This document shows, piece after piece, positions 1 through 9,700 of a stretch of DNA of 64,000 bases (its first letter is position 1; each line of letters opens with the position of its first letter). Origin of the DNA: Puniceicoccaceae bacterium (GTDB lineage Bacteria > Verrucomicrobiota > Verrucomicrobiia > Opitutales > Oceanipulchritudinaceae); NCBI GenBank assembly GCA_040830765.1, contig JBFOMH010000017.1, positions 160,001 to 224,000 of the forward strand, written 5' to 3'. Below the pieces are notes generated by a model. It saw only the letters and a program-made list of their open reading frames with translations, was not told the DNA's origin and made no database searches. A program made the translations under genes and the position numbers.

Positions 1-351
1 CGTCATTACGAAAAACGGGTCGGTGATTCCCTTTCCGCCGCCGCCATTGCCGAGCGTGCCCGGGAAGGCGACCAGCAGGCCAAGGCGGCCTTTTCCACAG
101 CGGCGACGCACCTTGGCGATGTCTTGGCTGACGCCATTATGCTCCTCAATATCCCGTGTGTCTTCCTTGGCGGTGGGGTGGCCCAGGCCTTCGACCTGAT
201 GGAGAAGCCTCTGCAGGATGCCTTGGAGAGAAATCTGTATCCAGAAGCCAATACACTTCCACGAATCCAGGTCACCCGCCTTGGTTATGAAGCAGCCCTC
301 CTGGGAGCGGCTGCCGTGGCCCATCCTGATGCCCGGGAATCCATTTTATGA
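1..351 (+). CDS. ROK family sugar kinase/regulator, C-terminal part (5' truncated by window)
   Basis: Frame 1 is open from base 1 (RHYEKRVGDSLSAAAIAERAREGDQQAKAAF...). It has ROK C-terminal motifs VFLGGGVAQA and LGYEAALLGAA. The stop overlaps the next ATG (ATGA). Confidence 0.8.
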   Translation, partial: RHYEKRVGDSLSAAAIAERAREGDQQAKAAFSTAATHLGDVLADAIMLLNIPCVFLGGGVAQAFDLMEKPLQDALERNLYPEANTLPRIQVTRLGYEAALLGAAAVAHPDARESIL

Positions 352-911
352 AATCCTTCCTTACAGACTATCTTGCTGGCCTTAATGCTGCCGCGGAGGC
401 CATTCCCACCCATGTCCTTGAAGACATAACCGGTATCCTGAAAGCTGCCCACCAGGCCAAGGCCCGCATATTTGTCATTGGTAATGGCGGTAGCGCAGCC
501 ACCGCCAGCCACTTTGCCTGCGACTTGGGCAAGAATGCTGTCGAGCCGGGTAAGCCACGCTTCAAGATTATCGCCCTGACGGACTCAACCCCGGCCATTA
601 CCGCCTACGGCAACGATAATGGCTATGCTTCCGTCTTCCGGGAACAGCTGGTCAACCTGATGGAGCCGGGGGATGTGGTCTTCGCCATCTCGGCCAGCGG
701 CAATTCACCCAATGTTATCGAGGCCATCGACTATGCGCGCGAGAATGGGGCCACCGTCATTGGCTTGGCTGGATTTGATGGCGGGCAGCTGGCCCGGAAA
801 GCGCATCATGCCATCACCATACCGGCTGCGACCTATGAGCAGATTGAGGACCTACAGATGGTCCTGACCCATGTCATCGTATCCTGGTTCAAGGCCAACC
901 CGCCGGCCTGA
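348..911 (+). CDS. SIS-domain sugar-phosphate isomerase (GmhA/DiaA-like)
   Basis: Motifs GNGGSAATASHFACDL, ITAYGNDNGY..VF..Q, AISASGNSPNVI and EQIEDLQ. Confidence 0.85.
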   Translation: MKSFLTDYLAGLNAAAEAIPTHVLEDITGILKAAHQAKARIFVIGNGGSAATASHFACDLGKNAVEPGKPRFKIIALTDSTPAITAYGNDNGYASVFREQLVNLMEPGDVVFAISASGNSPNVIEAIDYARENGATVIGLAGFDGGQLARKAHHAITIPAATYEQIEDLQMVLTHVIVSWFKANPPA

Positions 912-945
912 GCTGTATTGAATGAATTGAACCACCATTCCTGCC

Positions 946-2382
946 ATGTCCCAACGCCCGAACATTCTCTTTCTCATGTCCGACCAGCACAGCCCGCACG
1001 TCCTCGGTTGTGCCGGCAATCCTGTCATCCATACGCCGTCGCTGGACCGGCTCGCCGCGGAGGGAATGTTCTTTGAACAGACCTACTGCCAGAATCCGCT
1101 CTGTGCGCCCAGTCGGGCCTCCGTCCTAACCGGGCGCTATTCCAAGGACATTGGCATCTACGACAACATGCACGTGCTGGAGTCCAATTCCCTGACCTTC
1201 CCGCGGGTATTGAGCAAGGCAGGTTACCGGACCTGCCTCATCGGGAAGTCCCATCTCAACGGGGAGCAGTTCCAGGGTTACCAGGAACGTCCCTATGGGG
1301 ATCTATACGGACAAGCCCACCAACCGGACCCGCGCCGCTTGCCGGAGTTCGGTATCAACGGGTTGGGGGATGTCGTCGGCAACCACGGGGCATCGGAAAT
1401 TCCCGATCCCCTGACCCAGACGGAAATCTGCGTCGCCGAGGCCTGCAAGTGGATGCAGCTGCACACCGCCCAGCATTCGGAGCAGCCATTTTTGCTTTCT
1501 GTTCATTTCGACAAGCCACACTTTCCCATTCGCCCGCCGAAGCGCTTCCAGGAGAAGTACGAGGGCAAGGTATCACTGCCCGAGACACCCGACGGCTACA
1601 TCGATGGGGCTGTCCCCTTCATCCGCGAGGCCATTGCCAATAACGAGACGGGCCACCACTACGGGAAGGACTTCGACCTCCAACTGGGGGCACTGGAGTC
1701 ATACTACGGTTGCGTGGAATGGGTGGATGATGCCGTCGGCCGGATTGTCGAGGTCCTCGACTACCTCGGCCTGAAGGAGAATACCCTTGTCATCTACACC
1801 TCCGACCACGGGGAAATGGGGGGTGAGAAGGGGACCTGGCAAAAGACCCTCTTTTTCGACGCCTCCGCCCGTGTCCCCTTCATCATGCGGTGGCCCGAAA
1901 GGATTAAGCCGGGAAGTCGCTCCGGGGAGATTGCCGGCCTGATCGACTGCTTCCCGACCATTTGCGAAGCAGCCGGTATTGATATTCCCGATACATGTGG
2001 AGGCGTCAGCCTGTTTCCGGCGATGGATGGCGGGGAACTGGATCGTGAAGGCATATTCAGCGAGAGCGCCGTTCTGCGAAAGACCGAGGTGGCCGGCTGC
2101 ATGTACCGGACTGGACCGTGGAAGTATTGTTGGTATCTCGATGAAAGTGAGGAACTCTACAACCTCGAGGAGGACCCGGAAGAGTGGGCCAACCGGGCGG
2201 CTGATCCCGAATGTCAAGATGTCGTGGAAAAGCTGCGACAAAAGGCCATCGCCTTCTGGGAGCCGGACAACTACCTCGAACGCCTTCGCCGGACGCCCAT
2301 CATGTCCGGCGAGAAGCACTTCTACGAGTTTTCCAACCAGTTTGTCACCGGCACCGGAGCCATTATCGACGGCCGGCCCTGA
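946..2382 (+). CDS. Formylglycine-dependent sulfatase (S1), no signal peptide, choline-sulfatase-like
   Basis: RPNILFLMSDQH, LCAPSRASVLTG (CxPxR), GKSH, KPHFP, YTSDHGEM, WQK, ELYNL..DP.E. Confidence 0.9.
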   Translation: MSQRPNILFLMSDQHSPHVLGCAGNPVIHTPSLDRLAAEGMFFEQTYCQNPLCAPSRASVLTGRYSKDIGIYDNMHVLESNSLTFPRVLSKAGYRTCLIGKSHLNGEQFQGYQERPYGDLYGQAHQPDPRRLPEFGINGLGDVVGNHGASEIPDPLTQTEICVAEACKWMQLHTAQHSEQPFLLSVHFDKPHFPIRPPKRFQEKYEGKVSLPETPDGYIDGAVPFIREAIANNETGHHYGKDFDLQLGALESYYGCVEWVDDAVGRIVEVLDYLGLKENTLVIYTSDHGEMGGEKGTWQKTLFFDASARVPFIMRWPERIKPGSRSGEIAGLIDCFPTICEAAGIDIPDTCGGVSLFPAMDGGELDREGIFSESAVLRKTEVAGCMYRTGPWKYCWYLDESEELYNLEEDPEEWANRAADPECQDVVEKLRQKAIAFWEPDNYLERLRRTPIMSGEKHFYEFSNQFVTGTGAIIDGRP

Positions 2383-2397
2383 GCGATTTGCACGCTT

Positions 2398-4287
2398 CTA
2401 CAGCTTGCCGACCCCGGCCCCTGCTGTGACAATCGCGGGCACATCCTCGACCGGGTCCAGCGTGTACTGGTAATCCCCGTCAAACTCGATGTCGATCGTC
2501 GAGGTGGTCGGCTTGTTGTTGTCAACATTGACAAAGATGTTGTTGTTCACCTCGTAGCCGCCTGCTGGATTTGAGCTGTCAAACCAGTAGCCGATGGCCC
2601 CGTCAACATTGTTGAAGTAGTTGTTTTCAATGAGCATCTTGGCATTGGTGCGTACATTAATGGCGGAACTGATGTTCTCGAAGTAATTGTTGTAGACATG
2701 CGCGTAACCGCCACGGTAAAGCGGGTGACGCGAACCTCCGTCATGAAACCAGTTGTGGTGGAAGATCACCTTCCGGTCGGGAAGGGCATCAAGTCCATCA
2801 TTACTTCCGACAAGGATAGTCTTGTGGGTGTCATAGATCTCGTTCCATGAGACAATGACGTACATGGCATCGTTCTTGATGCTCAGTAACTCGTCGAACT
2901 TGTCCTTGTCCGGGTTGATATTGAAGGGCTCGTTGTAGAGCGTGCAGTGGTCAATTTTGACGTAGCGACCGTTGTTGACCTGGATGGCATCCCGGGCCAG
3001 CACGTAGCGGACGGTCAGGTTCTGGATGATGACGTTTTCGCCCTGGACGGCCAGGCCGACACCATCCAAAAGGCCATTTGTACCGACTCCAATGATGGAA
3101 ATGTCCCGCATACCTGAGCTGATACTGGCTTCGCGGCCGTTTTGACCAGCGGCAACCCAGTCGTCGTAGGATATGGTTCCGTCAACATAAATAATGGAAG
3201 GTTCCCCGGCAGTGCGTACCGCGGCCAAAGCGGTTACAAATTCCTCTGCATTGGTGACCGTGTGTGTATTTTCTGCTGTTGCACCCTCCCCACCGGTTAT
3301 GAGGGCCTCCATGGTGTCGAATCCCCGCACCTTTGAATCCATGTAGAGGTAGATGTCCTTGATGGTTACTTCACCCTGCCATGGCAATGTGATTTCAATA
3401 TAAGCGTCATCCTCCTGGTTGGTCAGGTAGGGTTCAAGCAGCATGTCCTGCTCCAGCACCCCGGAGGGCAGTCGAGTGTAGGCCGCTACATCGGTATCGC
3501 CGCGCTTCACGCGGACGTAGAAGCCGTTCGTGGTCGACGTCAAGTCGACATCGGCGTGCACGACTACACCACCATATCCACTGATATTCCGGAGGGCGTT
3601 GAAGTCCATATAGCCGGTGCCCTTGTACTGCCCGAAACGGATGTAGCGGTTGGCTGACCCACCCGGAAAGGTCAGGGTGTTTTTAAAGGTGATCCCGTCG
3701 GGTCCATGGGTCATCTGGATGTTATTGTCCACATCCATGAATTGGGCAATATAGTCGGTTCCAAGGTGCAGCGCGCTGGCATACTTTTCCCCAATTGATT
3801 CAGCTTCATGATTGGCGGCAAATTCGGCACTCAGGACAATGGCCTCCGGTGCCAAGGGGAGGGCACTGCCGGTGTTGGCCAGATAGACCCAGCCGCTGCC
3901 GGCGGCAATCTGGCTCTCGGTTACGTAGACAAATCCCTCTGAGGTGGAAAACCAGTACCAGCCGATCTCCGGAGTGGCTACCGGTATCAGGTTGAAGGCT
4001 GCCAGGTCTACCGCATACGCCCAGCCGCCTTGGTTCTTTACCTGGGAGGCTGGCATGTAGAGGTATTGGCCGACCATGGGCGTGTAGACCCAGTCGTTTC
4101 GTCCGTCGCTTCCACACCAAATCCAGCCCAGAAATCCTGTTTCCGTATAAACCCAACCGGAATCCGCCATGATGGGCCCATCCCAGCGAACGTCCTGTGC
4201 CTCCAGGGATGGTGAGGTCACTCCGGTAACGAGCAGCGCCAGTGCGAATGAAATTTTTATGAAATTGGTGTAATTGGGGGTGTGCAT
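2398..4287 (-). CDS. Secreted polysaccharide lyase family 1 (pectate lyase-like) with N-terminal Trp-rich modules
   Basis: Signal peptide ...SPSLEA|Q. C-terminal PL1 motifs NVIIQNL, VKIDHC, VIVSWN, HKTILVG, FHHNWF..GSRHPLYR, HVYNNYF, ENNYF and GAGVGKL. Confidence 0.85.
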   Translation of the reverse strand: MHTPNYTNFIKISFALALLVTGVTSPSLEAQDVRWDGPIMADSGWVYTETGFLGWIWCGSDGRNDWVYTPMVGQYLYMPASQVKNQGGWAYAVDLAAFNLIPVATPEIGWYWFSTSEGFVYVTESQIAAGSGWVYLANTGSALPLAPEAIVLSAEFAANHEAESIGEKYASALHLGTDYIAQFMDVDNNIQMTHGPDGITFKNTLTFPGGSANRYIRFGQYKGTGYMDFNALRNISGYGGVVVHADVDLTSTTNGFYVRVKRGDTDVAAYTRLPSGVLEQDMLLEPYLTNQEDDAYIEITLPWQGEVTIKDIYLYMDSKVRGFDTMEALITGGEGATAENTHTVTNAEEFVTALAAVRTAGEPSIIYVDGTISYDDWVAAGQNGREASISSGMRDISIIGVGTNGLLDGVGLAVQGENVIIQNLTVRYVLARDAIQVNNGRYVKIDHCTLYNEPFNINPDKDKFDELLSIKNDAMYVIVSWNEIYDTHKTILVGSNDGLDALPDRKVIFHHNWFHDGGSRHPLYRGGYAHVYNNYFENISSAINVRTNAKMLIENNYFNNVDGAIGYWFDSSNPAGGYEVNNNIFVNVDNNKPTTSTIDIEFDGDYQYTLDPVEDVPAIVTAGAGVGKL

Positions 4288-4786
4288 CCTTTGAATTCCT
4301 TGATTGTGGGAGACAGCAAATTATTCGAATTTGTTCCAACACTTGCGCGACCTTCGAGCAAATTCATTTTCATGAAAGAAGGTGAAATAAGCTGACGAGG
4401 TTTTCTGCCCAGGTTTGCCGACTGAGGGAAAGGGATAGGAGCTTTGTTCTCCCTGGCCTATTTCTGGTCCTTCCGGGTGGCAGGCGGGACTGCATTGAAA
4501 TATTCACTGGGCCCCTGCGGCGCGCTTATATGAGGAAACGTGTGCGATGATTTCACTACAGGTAGCCGGATTTACTGACTCTTGGATTCCATTGGAGCTC
4601 TTTAAAGCGGATCGATAACCTTCGAGATGAGAAAATATAAGGGCTGAGGCTCTAAAAAGCAGGTTGACTCCGGGGCTGTAATATTTATGCAAGTACTTAC
4701 GTGGAAGTAATTTCACTATTCCTTGAATCCGACCGCTTACGCTCGGCGTTAGCGGTGCTATCACGTTGCAAAAATTGGAGTCTTCA

Positions 4787-6691
4787 ATGAGAAAGAACCT
4801 GTCCCGCACACCTCGTAAACATAAACTCCCAATTTGGGCCGGCTTCCTCGCCTTGGCGATTCCGGCCTTTTTTGTTGCCCCGATAAATCTGTCGGCTGCT
4901 GATATGGCCGACCGAAGCCAGTCTTCGATGGTGGGTGAGACCTACCGCGTCGATGGTATTCTCTTTGTCTTCCAGAGGGAGCATCCTGAGAACCCCTCAG
5001 CGGGTAAACTCGCCGGCGTCCCAATCGAGCTGAGCAAGTCAGCCTCCGGTTATGCCGCTCCCCGAGGCGATGACTCAGATGTCCAAACCAGCGTGGCAAA
5101 TATTGGTGACTCAGCCGGGAGTCGACTCACCGGGGGTGCCATCCAGCATATCGCGACCTCGGTATTGACCTACTTGAACGAGTCGGGCTTGGCAGGTGTC
5201 TGGGTCGGGGCCCACCCGGGGGACATTGATCCGCAAACAGGTGAAGACCTTCGTCCGGGGAAGTCCGGAAACCTGCGCCTTCTGGTGCAAACGGCAGTCA
5301 TCGGCAAGGTGCGGACGCTTGCCCGGGGTGAGCGGGTGCCAACAGGCGACTCCGTGAACAATCCCGCTTACGATTGGATGCTGGAAGGTTCACCGGTCAA
5401 GCCGGGTGCCTCGTGGGCCGACTCCGCCCTTCTCAACAGGGATAAAATTGGCGACTACGCCCGCTGGCTCAGTCGCCATCCTGGCCGCCGGGTAGACATT
5501 GCAGTCTCTCCCATCCAAGACGAACCGGGAGCGGTGGCCCTCGATTATATTGTCCAGGAACAGAAGCCAGTTTCCGTATGGGCCCAGGCAACCAATACCG
5601 GGACTGAGCAAACCGCCGACTGGCGGGGCTCCTTCGGGCTGCAGAACAACCAGTTCACCGGCAACGACGACCAGATCGAGTTGTTCTATTCCTCAGCCGG
5701 GATGGACAGTACCCAGAATTTAAGCGCGCGTTATGAAGCGCCCCTGATGAATAACCGGAATGTTCGTGTGCGCATCAATGGTGGCTGGAACAAGTATACT
5801 GCCTCCGATGTTGGATTTGGTGAACTGGATTTCAAGGGCAAGGGATATAACATCGGACTCAGCGGCGTGCACAATATCCGCCAGCGTGGTTCCCTTTTTG
5901 TCGACCTCGTCTATGGTCTGTCGCTTGAGAACACCACCGTCGATAACCAGGTTGTCGGGCGCGAGGGTGAAGGTGAGTTCCTTTTCCCGATGATTGGGCT
6001 GGAATGGGAAAGGTACACCCGCTTTGGCAACACCATTGGCGGTGTCAGCCTGCGCCACAATGTCCTCGATATTGAGCAGGACGACCTTGATGCCCTTGGC
6101 CGCACCCTGGCCGAGGATAAGTTCACCATCCTCTCCTGGTACTTCTCCCATAACTTCTATGTGGACCGGATCCTCGACAAGGAGGCCACCAGCCTGGCTC
6201 ATGAGATTGCCATTTCCCTTGGCGGTCAAACCTCCTTCGGTTCACGGACGCCCCCGAACTACCAGAAAACGATCGGTGGTATGTACACGGTCCGCGGTTA
6301 TCCCGAGTCGGTCATAGCCGGCGACAATGTGGCCCACGGATCGATCGAGTACAAAATGCACATCCCGCAGTTAATGGGGGTTTCCCAGGACCCCGGTACC
6401 GGCCCCATATTCGGTGGGCCCTTCCGCTACCTCCCGCAGTATCCCTACGGGGTGACGGACTGGGACCTGGCCCTCAAGGGCTTTATCGATGTCGGTTATG
6501 CCGGAGCGGCTGACAAGCTCGACTTTGAATTTGACGAGACACTCGTCGGTGGCGGGATTGGCTTTGAGCTTCGCTACCGCCGCAATTTCTTTGTCTCCGT
6601 CGACTGGGGTGTCGCCATGAAGGACACCAAGTATCCGGCAGTAACCGACGGAAGTTCCCGGGTCAGCATTTCCGCGACCGTCATGTATTGA
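4787..6691 (+). CDS. TpsB outer-membrane transporter (ShlB/FhaC/HecB family)
   Basis: ATG at 4787 after GGAG, signal peptide, POTRA-like region, TNTGTEQT, FTGNDDQ, the Omp85/TpsB loop-6 motif IGGMYTVRGYPE, and a C-terminal beta-strand ending in Tyr. It lies directly upstream of a TPS-domain protein. Confidence 0.88.
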   Translation: MRKNLSRTPRKHKLPIWAGFLALAIPAFFVAPINLSAADMADRSQSSMVGETYRVDGILFVFQREHPENPSAGKLAGVPIELSKSASGYAAPRGDDSDVQTSVANIGDSAGSRLTGGAIQHIATSVLTYLNESGLAGVWVGAHPGDIDPQTGEDLRPGKSGNLRLLVQTAVIGKVRTLARGERVPTGDSVNNPAYDWMLEGSPVKPGASWADSALLNRDKIGDYARWLSRHPGRRVDIAVSPIQDEPGAVALDYIVQEQKPVSVWAQATNTGTEQTADWRGSFGLQNNQFTGNDDQIELFYSSAGMDSTQNLSARYEAPLMNNRNVRVRINGGWNKYTASDVGFGELDFKGKGYNIGLSGVHNIRQRGSLFVDLVYGLSLENTTVDNQVVGREGEGEFLFPMIGLEWERYTRFGNTIGGVSLRHNVLDIEQDDLDALGRTLAEDKFTILSWYFSHNFYVDRILDKEATSLAHEIAISLGGQTSFGSRTPPNYQKTIGGMYTVRGYPESVIAGDNVAHGSIEYKMHIPQLMGVSQDPGTGPIFGGPFRYLPQYPYGVTDWDLALKGFIDVGYAGAADKLDFEFDETLVGGGIGFELRYRRNFFVSVDWGVAMKDTKYPAVTDGSSRVSISATVMY

Positions 6692-6771
6692 TTTATTGGC
6701 TACAGGAATCCTGTACTGTCCAAATGCAAACACTTTAAATTCATCCATCCCCACAAATAGGCGTATAAGTC

Positions 6772-9700
6772 ATGATACGAAATAAAAAGCACCTCATCCG
6801 CCCCATGCAATTCAGCAGCCTCTTCGAAGGCATCCTCCAGCGGTCCTGGCGAAGAAAGGGCCGTCAACTGACGAGCTTCATGGTTCCCATTTTTGTTGCC
6901 AGCGTTCAGGGGATAGCCGGTCCCGAGGGAGAACAAGTGGCCGCAGGGGACGTCCGCTTCAACCGGCCCGACACCGCCAGCACCCACATTTATCAGGACA
7001 GCATGCAGGCCATCGTCAACTGGCGCAGCTTCAACGTCCAGCTGGACGAGTCGGTCCAGTTCTTCCAACCCAACGAGATGGCCAGCATCCTCAACCGGGT
7101 GATGCAGAACGATCCTTCGCAGATTGCCGGAAGCCTGACCGCCAATGGGCGGGTGTTCATCGCCAATCCGGCCGGGGTGATCTTCGGGGCCAACGCGGTG
7201 ATAGACGTCGGCCAACTGGTGGCCGCTGCGGGGAACATTTCCGATGCCGACTTCCTCGGTGGAAATTACCGGTTTTCCGGGTTGCAGGGTGCAGTCGAGA
7301 ACTACGGCACCATCAACGCCAACACGGTGGCCCTGATTGGGCGGACCGTGGGTAACTATGGCCAGATCCTGGCACCCGCGGGAACCGTCATCATGGCGGC
7401 AGGGGATGAATTGTATCTGGTGGAAGACCAGGGATTCGGCCACTTGCGGGTGCAGGTTGCATCTGTGGACTTGGCGGATGACACGGAAGGTTCCAGTGGC
7501 GCGTATGGTGCAGGGGACGCCTATGCCCTGGCGGCGGGGAACTACGGTCTTATCGAAGCGGGTGATGTGTCCGTTGAGGCGGAACGGGTTATGCTTTCCT
7601 ACGGGTCCACAATTGATGCCGGTGGAGAAAGTGGAGGCAATATCTCGATTGACGCGGAAGCCATTCTGCATGAAGGCACACTTTCGGCTACTGGCAGTAG
7701 CGGCGCAGGCGGTACTGTTAATCTGGACGCTGGATTGGACTACACGGCCATTGGATCGGCAGTGGTTGACGTATCCGGTACCACCGGTGGGGACATAACC
7801 CTCACCACGTCGGGGAAAATCATTAGCTCAGGAACATACCTGGCACAAGGTACCGATGGGGCAGGGGGCCAGATTGATGTTGGCGGTCCTGGGTCGATTG
7901 GCCTTCTCAGTGCCACACTGGATGCATCCGGCACTGCCGGCGGAGGTGTGGTTCGTCTCGGTGGTCCTCTTCAGGGTGGACGTGACGGCAACGGCGATTT
8001 GCCGGTGGCAAGTTCAACAATCGTTTCACCGGGCAGCGAATTGCGGGCAGACGCCACGGGAGCCTCTGGCGACGGTGGTGAAGTCATCATCTGGAGTGAA
8101 GAGGCAACCGAGTTCTATGGTATTGCCAGCGCACGGCCGGGACTTGAGTCCGGGGCTGGCGGTTTTATCGAGCTTTCCTCTGCAGGTCAATTTGTCTTCA
8201 CCCAGGGTGAAAATCTGCAAACCGGTCGTGGCGATCGGTTGGGTGAGGTTTTGCTGGATCCCAAGAGTATCATCATCACGGACGCCAACGGGCTGGACTT
8301 GATCCGGACAATTACCGGCAACTCCCAGATTCTCCGTGAAGGAACCCTGGAGCTGGACAATGGAGACGAATTCGGGGAAGACGTGGCTTTCAATCAGGCG
8401 GGCAACCTCTTCATCGTGGGCGCTCCTGGAGATAGTGCCGATGGCATAAATCCAAACGGGGATGGGGTTGTCTACCTGTTCGGTATCGAGACGGATAACC
8501 TCGGGTTCGCCCCGATTCTCGAGAAAAGACTCGGGGACGGGACGACGCTGTCAGGCGGAGGCACCCTGGATATTTCCACGGCAGGCCGTTTCGGAAGTGC
8601 TGTTGCGGTGAATGAGACCGGGAACCTGCTCGCCGTCGGTGCCGAGGGGGACGACGGTGATGGTGCGGGAAATGCAACCGGGGCCGTCTACATGCTGTCC
8701 ATTGATGTGAACAATCCGAATGCAGATCCAGTCCTCGAAACCGTCCTTGATGACAATGATGTCACACTGGCCGCCGGAGACAAGTTCGGCAGCGCGGTGG
8801 CCTTCAACCAGGATGCCGATATCATGGGTGTCGGTGCTGAGGGTGACACAGGAGGGGCTGGATCGGTTTTCCTTTTCGACATCAGTACGTTCAACGCTCC
8901 AGTGATCGGACTTGGCGGAAACCCCGTGACCAGTTCGACCGGCGGCGCCGTTGCCTCCGGCGCAGCAACTTTCGGCAGTTCCGTATCCTTCAACGGGTCC
9001 GGTAATGTCATGGCCATCGGTGCAGAGGAATCCACCTTCAGTGGTGGCTCCAATCGCGGCGGTGTTTATATCTTCACCCTGGATCCCGACAATCTCAACG
9101 TCACCCCGACCTATCAGCAGAGATTCCAATACAGTGATTTTGGCGAGCCGGCGCTCGGTTCCTCAAACAACAACCTGCGTTTCGGCAGTGCGGTCGCTTT
9201 TAACTCTGACAACACCATTCTCGCGGTGGGTGCGCGCGGACAACCGGGTTCCGGCGGTGCGACCAACCAGGAGCCCCGGGTCTTCCTGCTCAGTCTGAGT
9301 GACGTTTCAACCCTGCCCACTTTCGGGCAGAGAATTGATTTCAATACAGTACCGCTCGGTGGTGGGCCACCCCTTGCCCTCGACTCGGAGGGGCAATTCG
9401 GTGCGGGTATCAGTCTCAGCGGTGACGGAACCGCTTTGTTGGTGGGTGCTCCGACGCAGGATGGCGGCGGCACCGACTTGGGTGAAGTCTTCCTTTTTGA
9501 AATCGATCCGAACAACCTGAGCCAGGCGCCTGACCTCGCCCAATTGCTCACGGACACCTCTCCAATCCGCATCTACGACCAGCTTGCGCTGGGCGGGGGC
9601 GACAGCTTTGGTAACTCTGTTGCTTTGAGCTCCGCAGGTGACGTTCTTGTTGTTGGCGCGCCCGGCAATGACACTGGCGGTGCCGACGCCGGCGCGGCCT

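Noticed and set aside
4479..4496. Sigma-54 promoter-like TGGCAGGCGGGACTGCA upstream of tpsB
   Set aside because: The GG-to-GC spacing is one base longer than the strict -24/-12 requirement.
4504..4809. 101-aa minus-strand ORF in the AT-richer PL1/tpsB intergenic region
   Set aside because: It has no motifs, overlaps the tpsB start, and the region looks like divergent promoter DNA.
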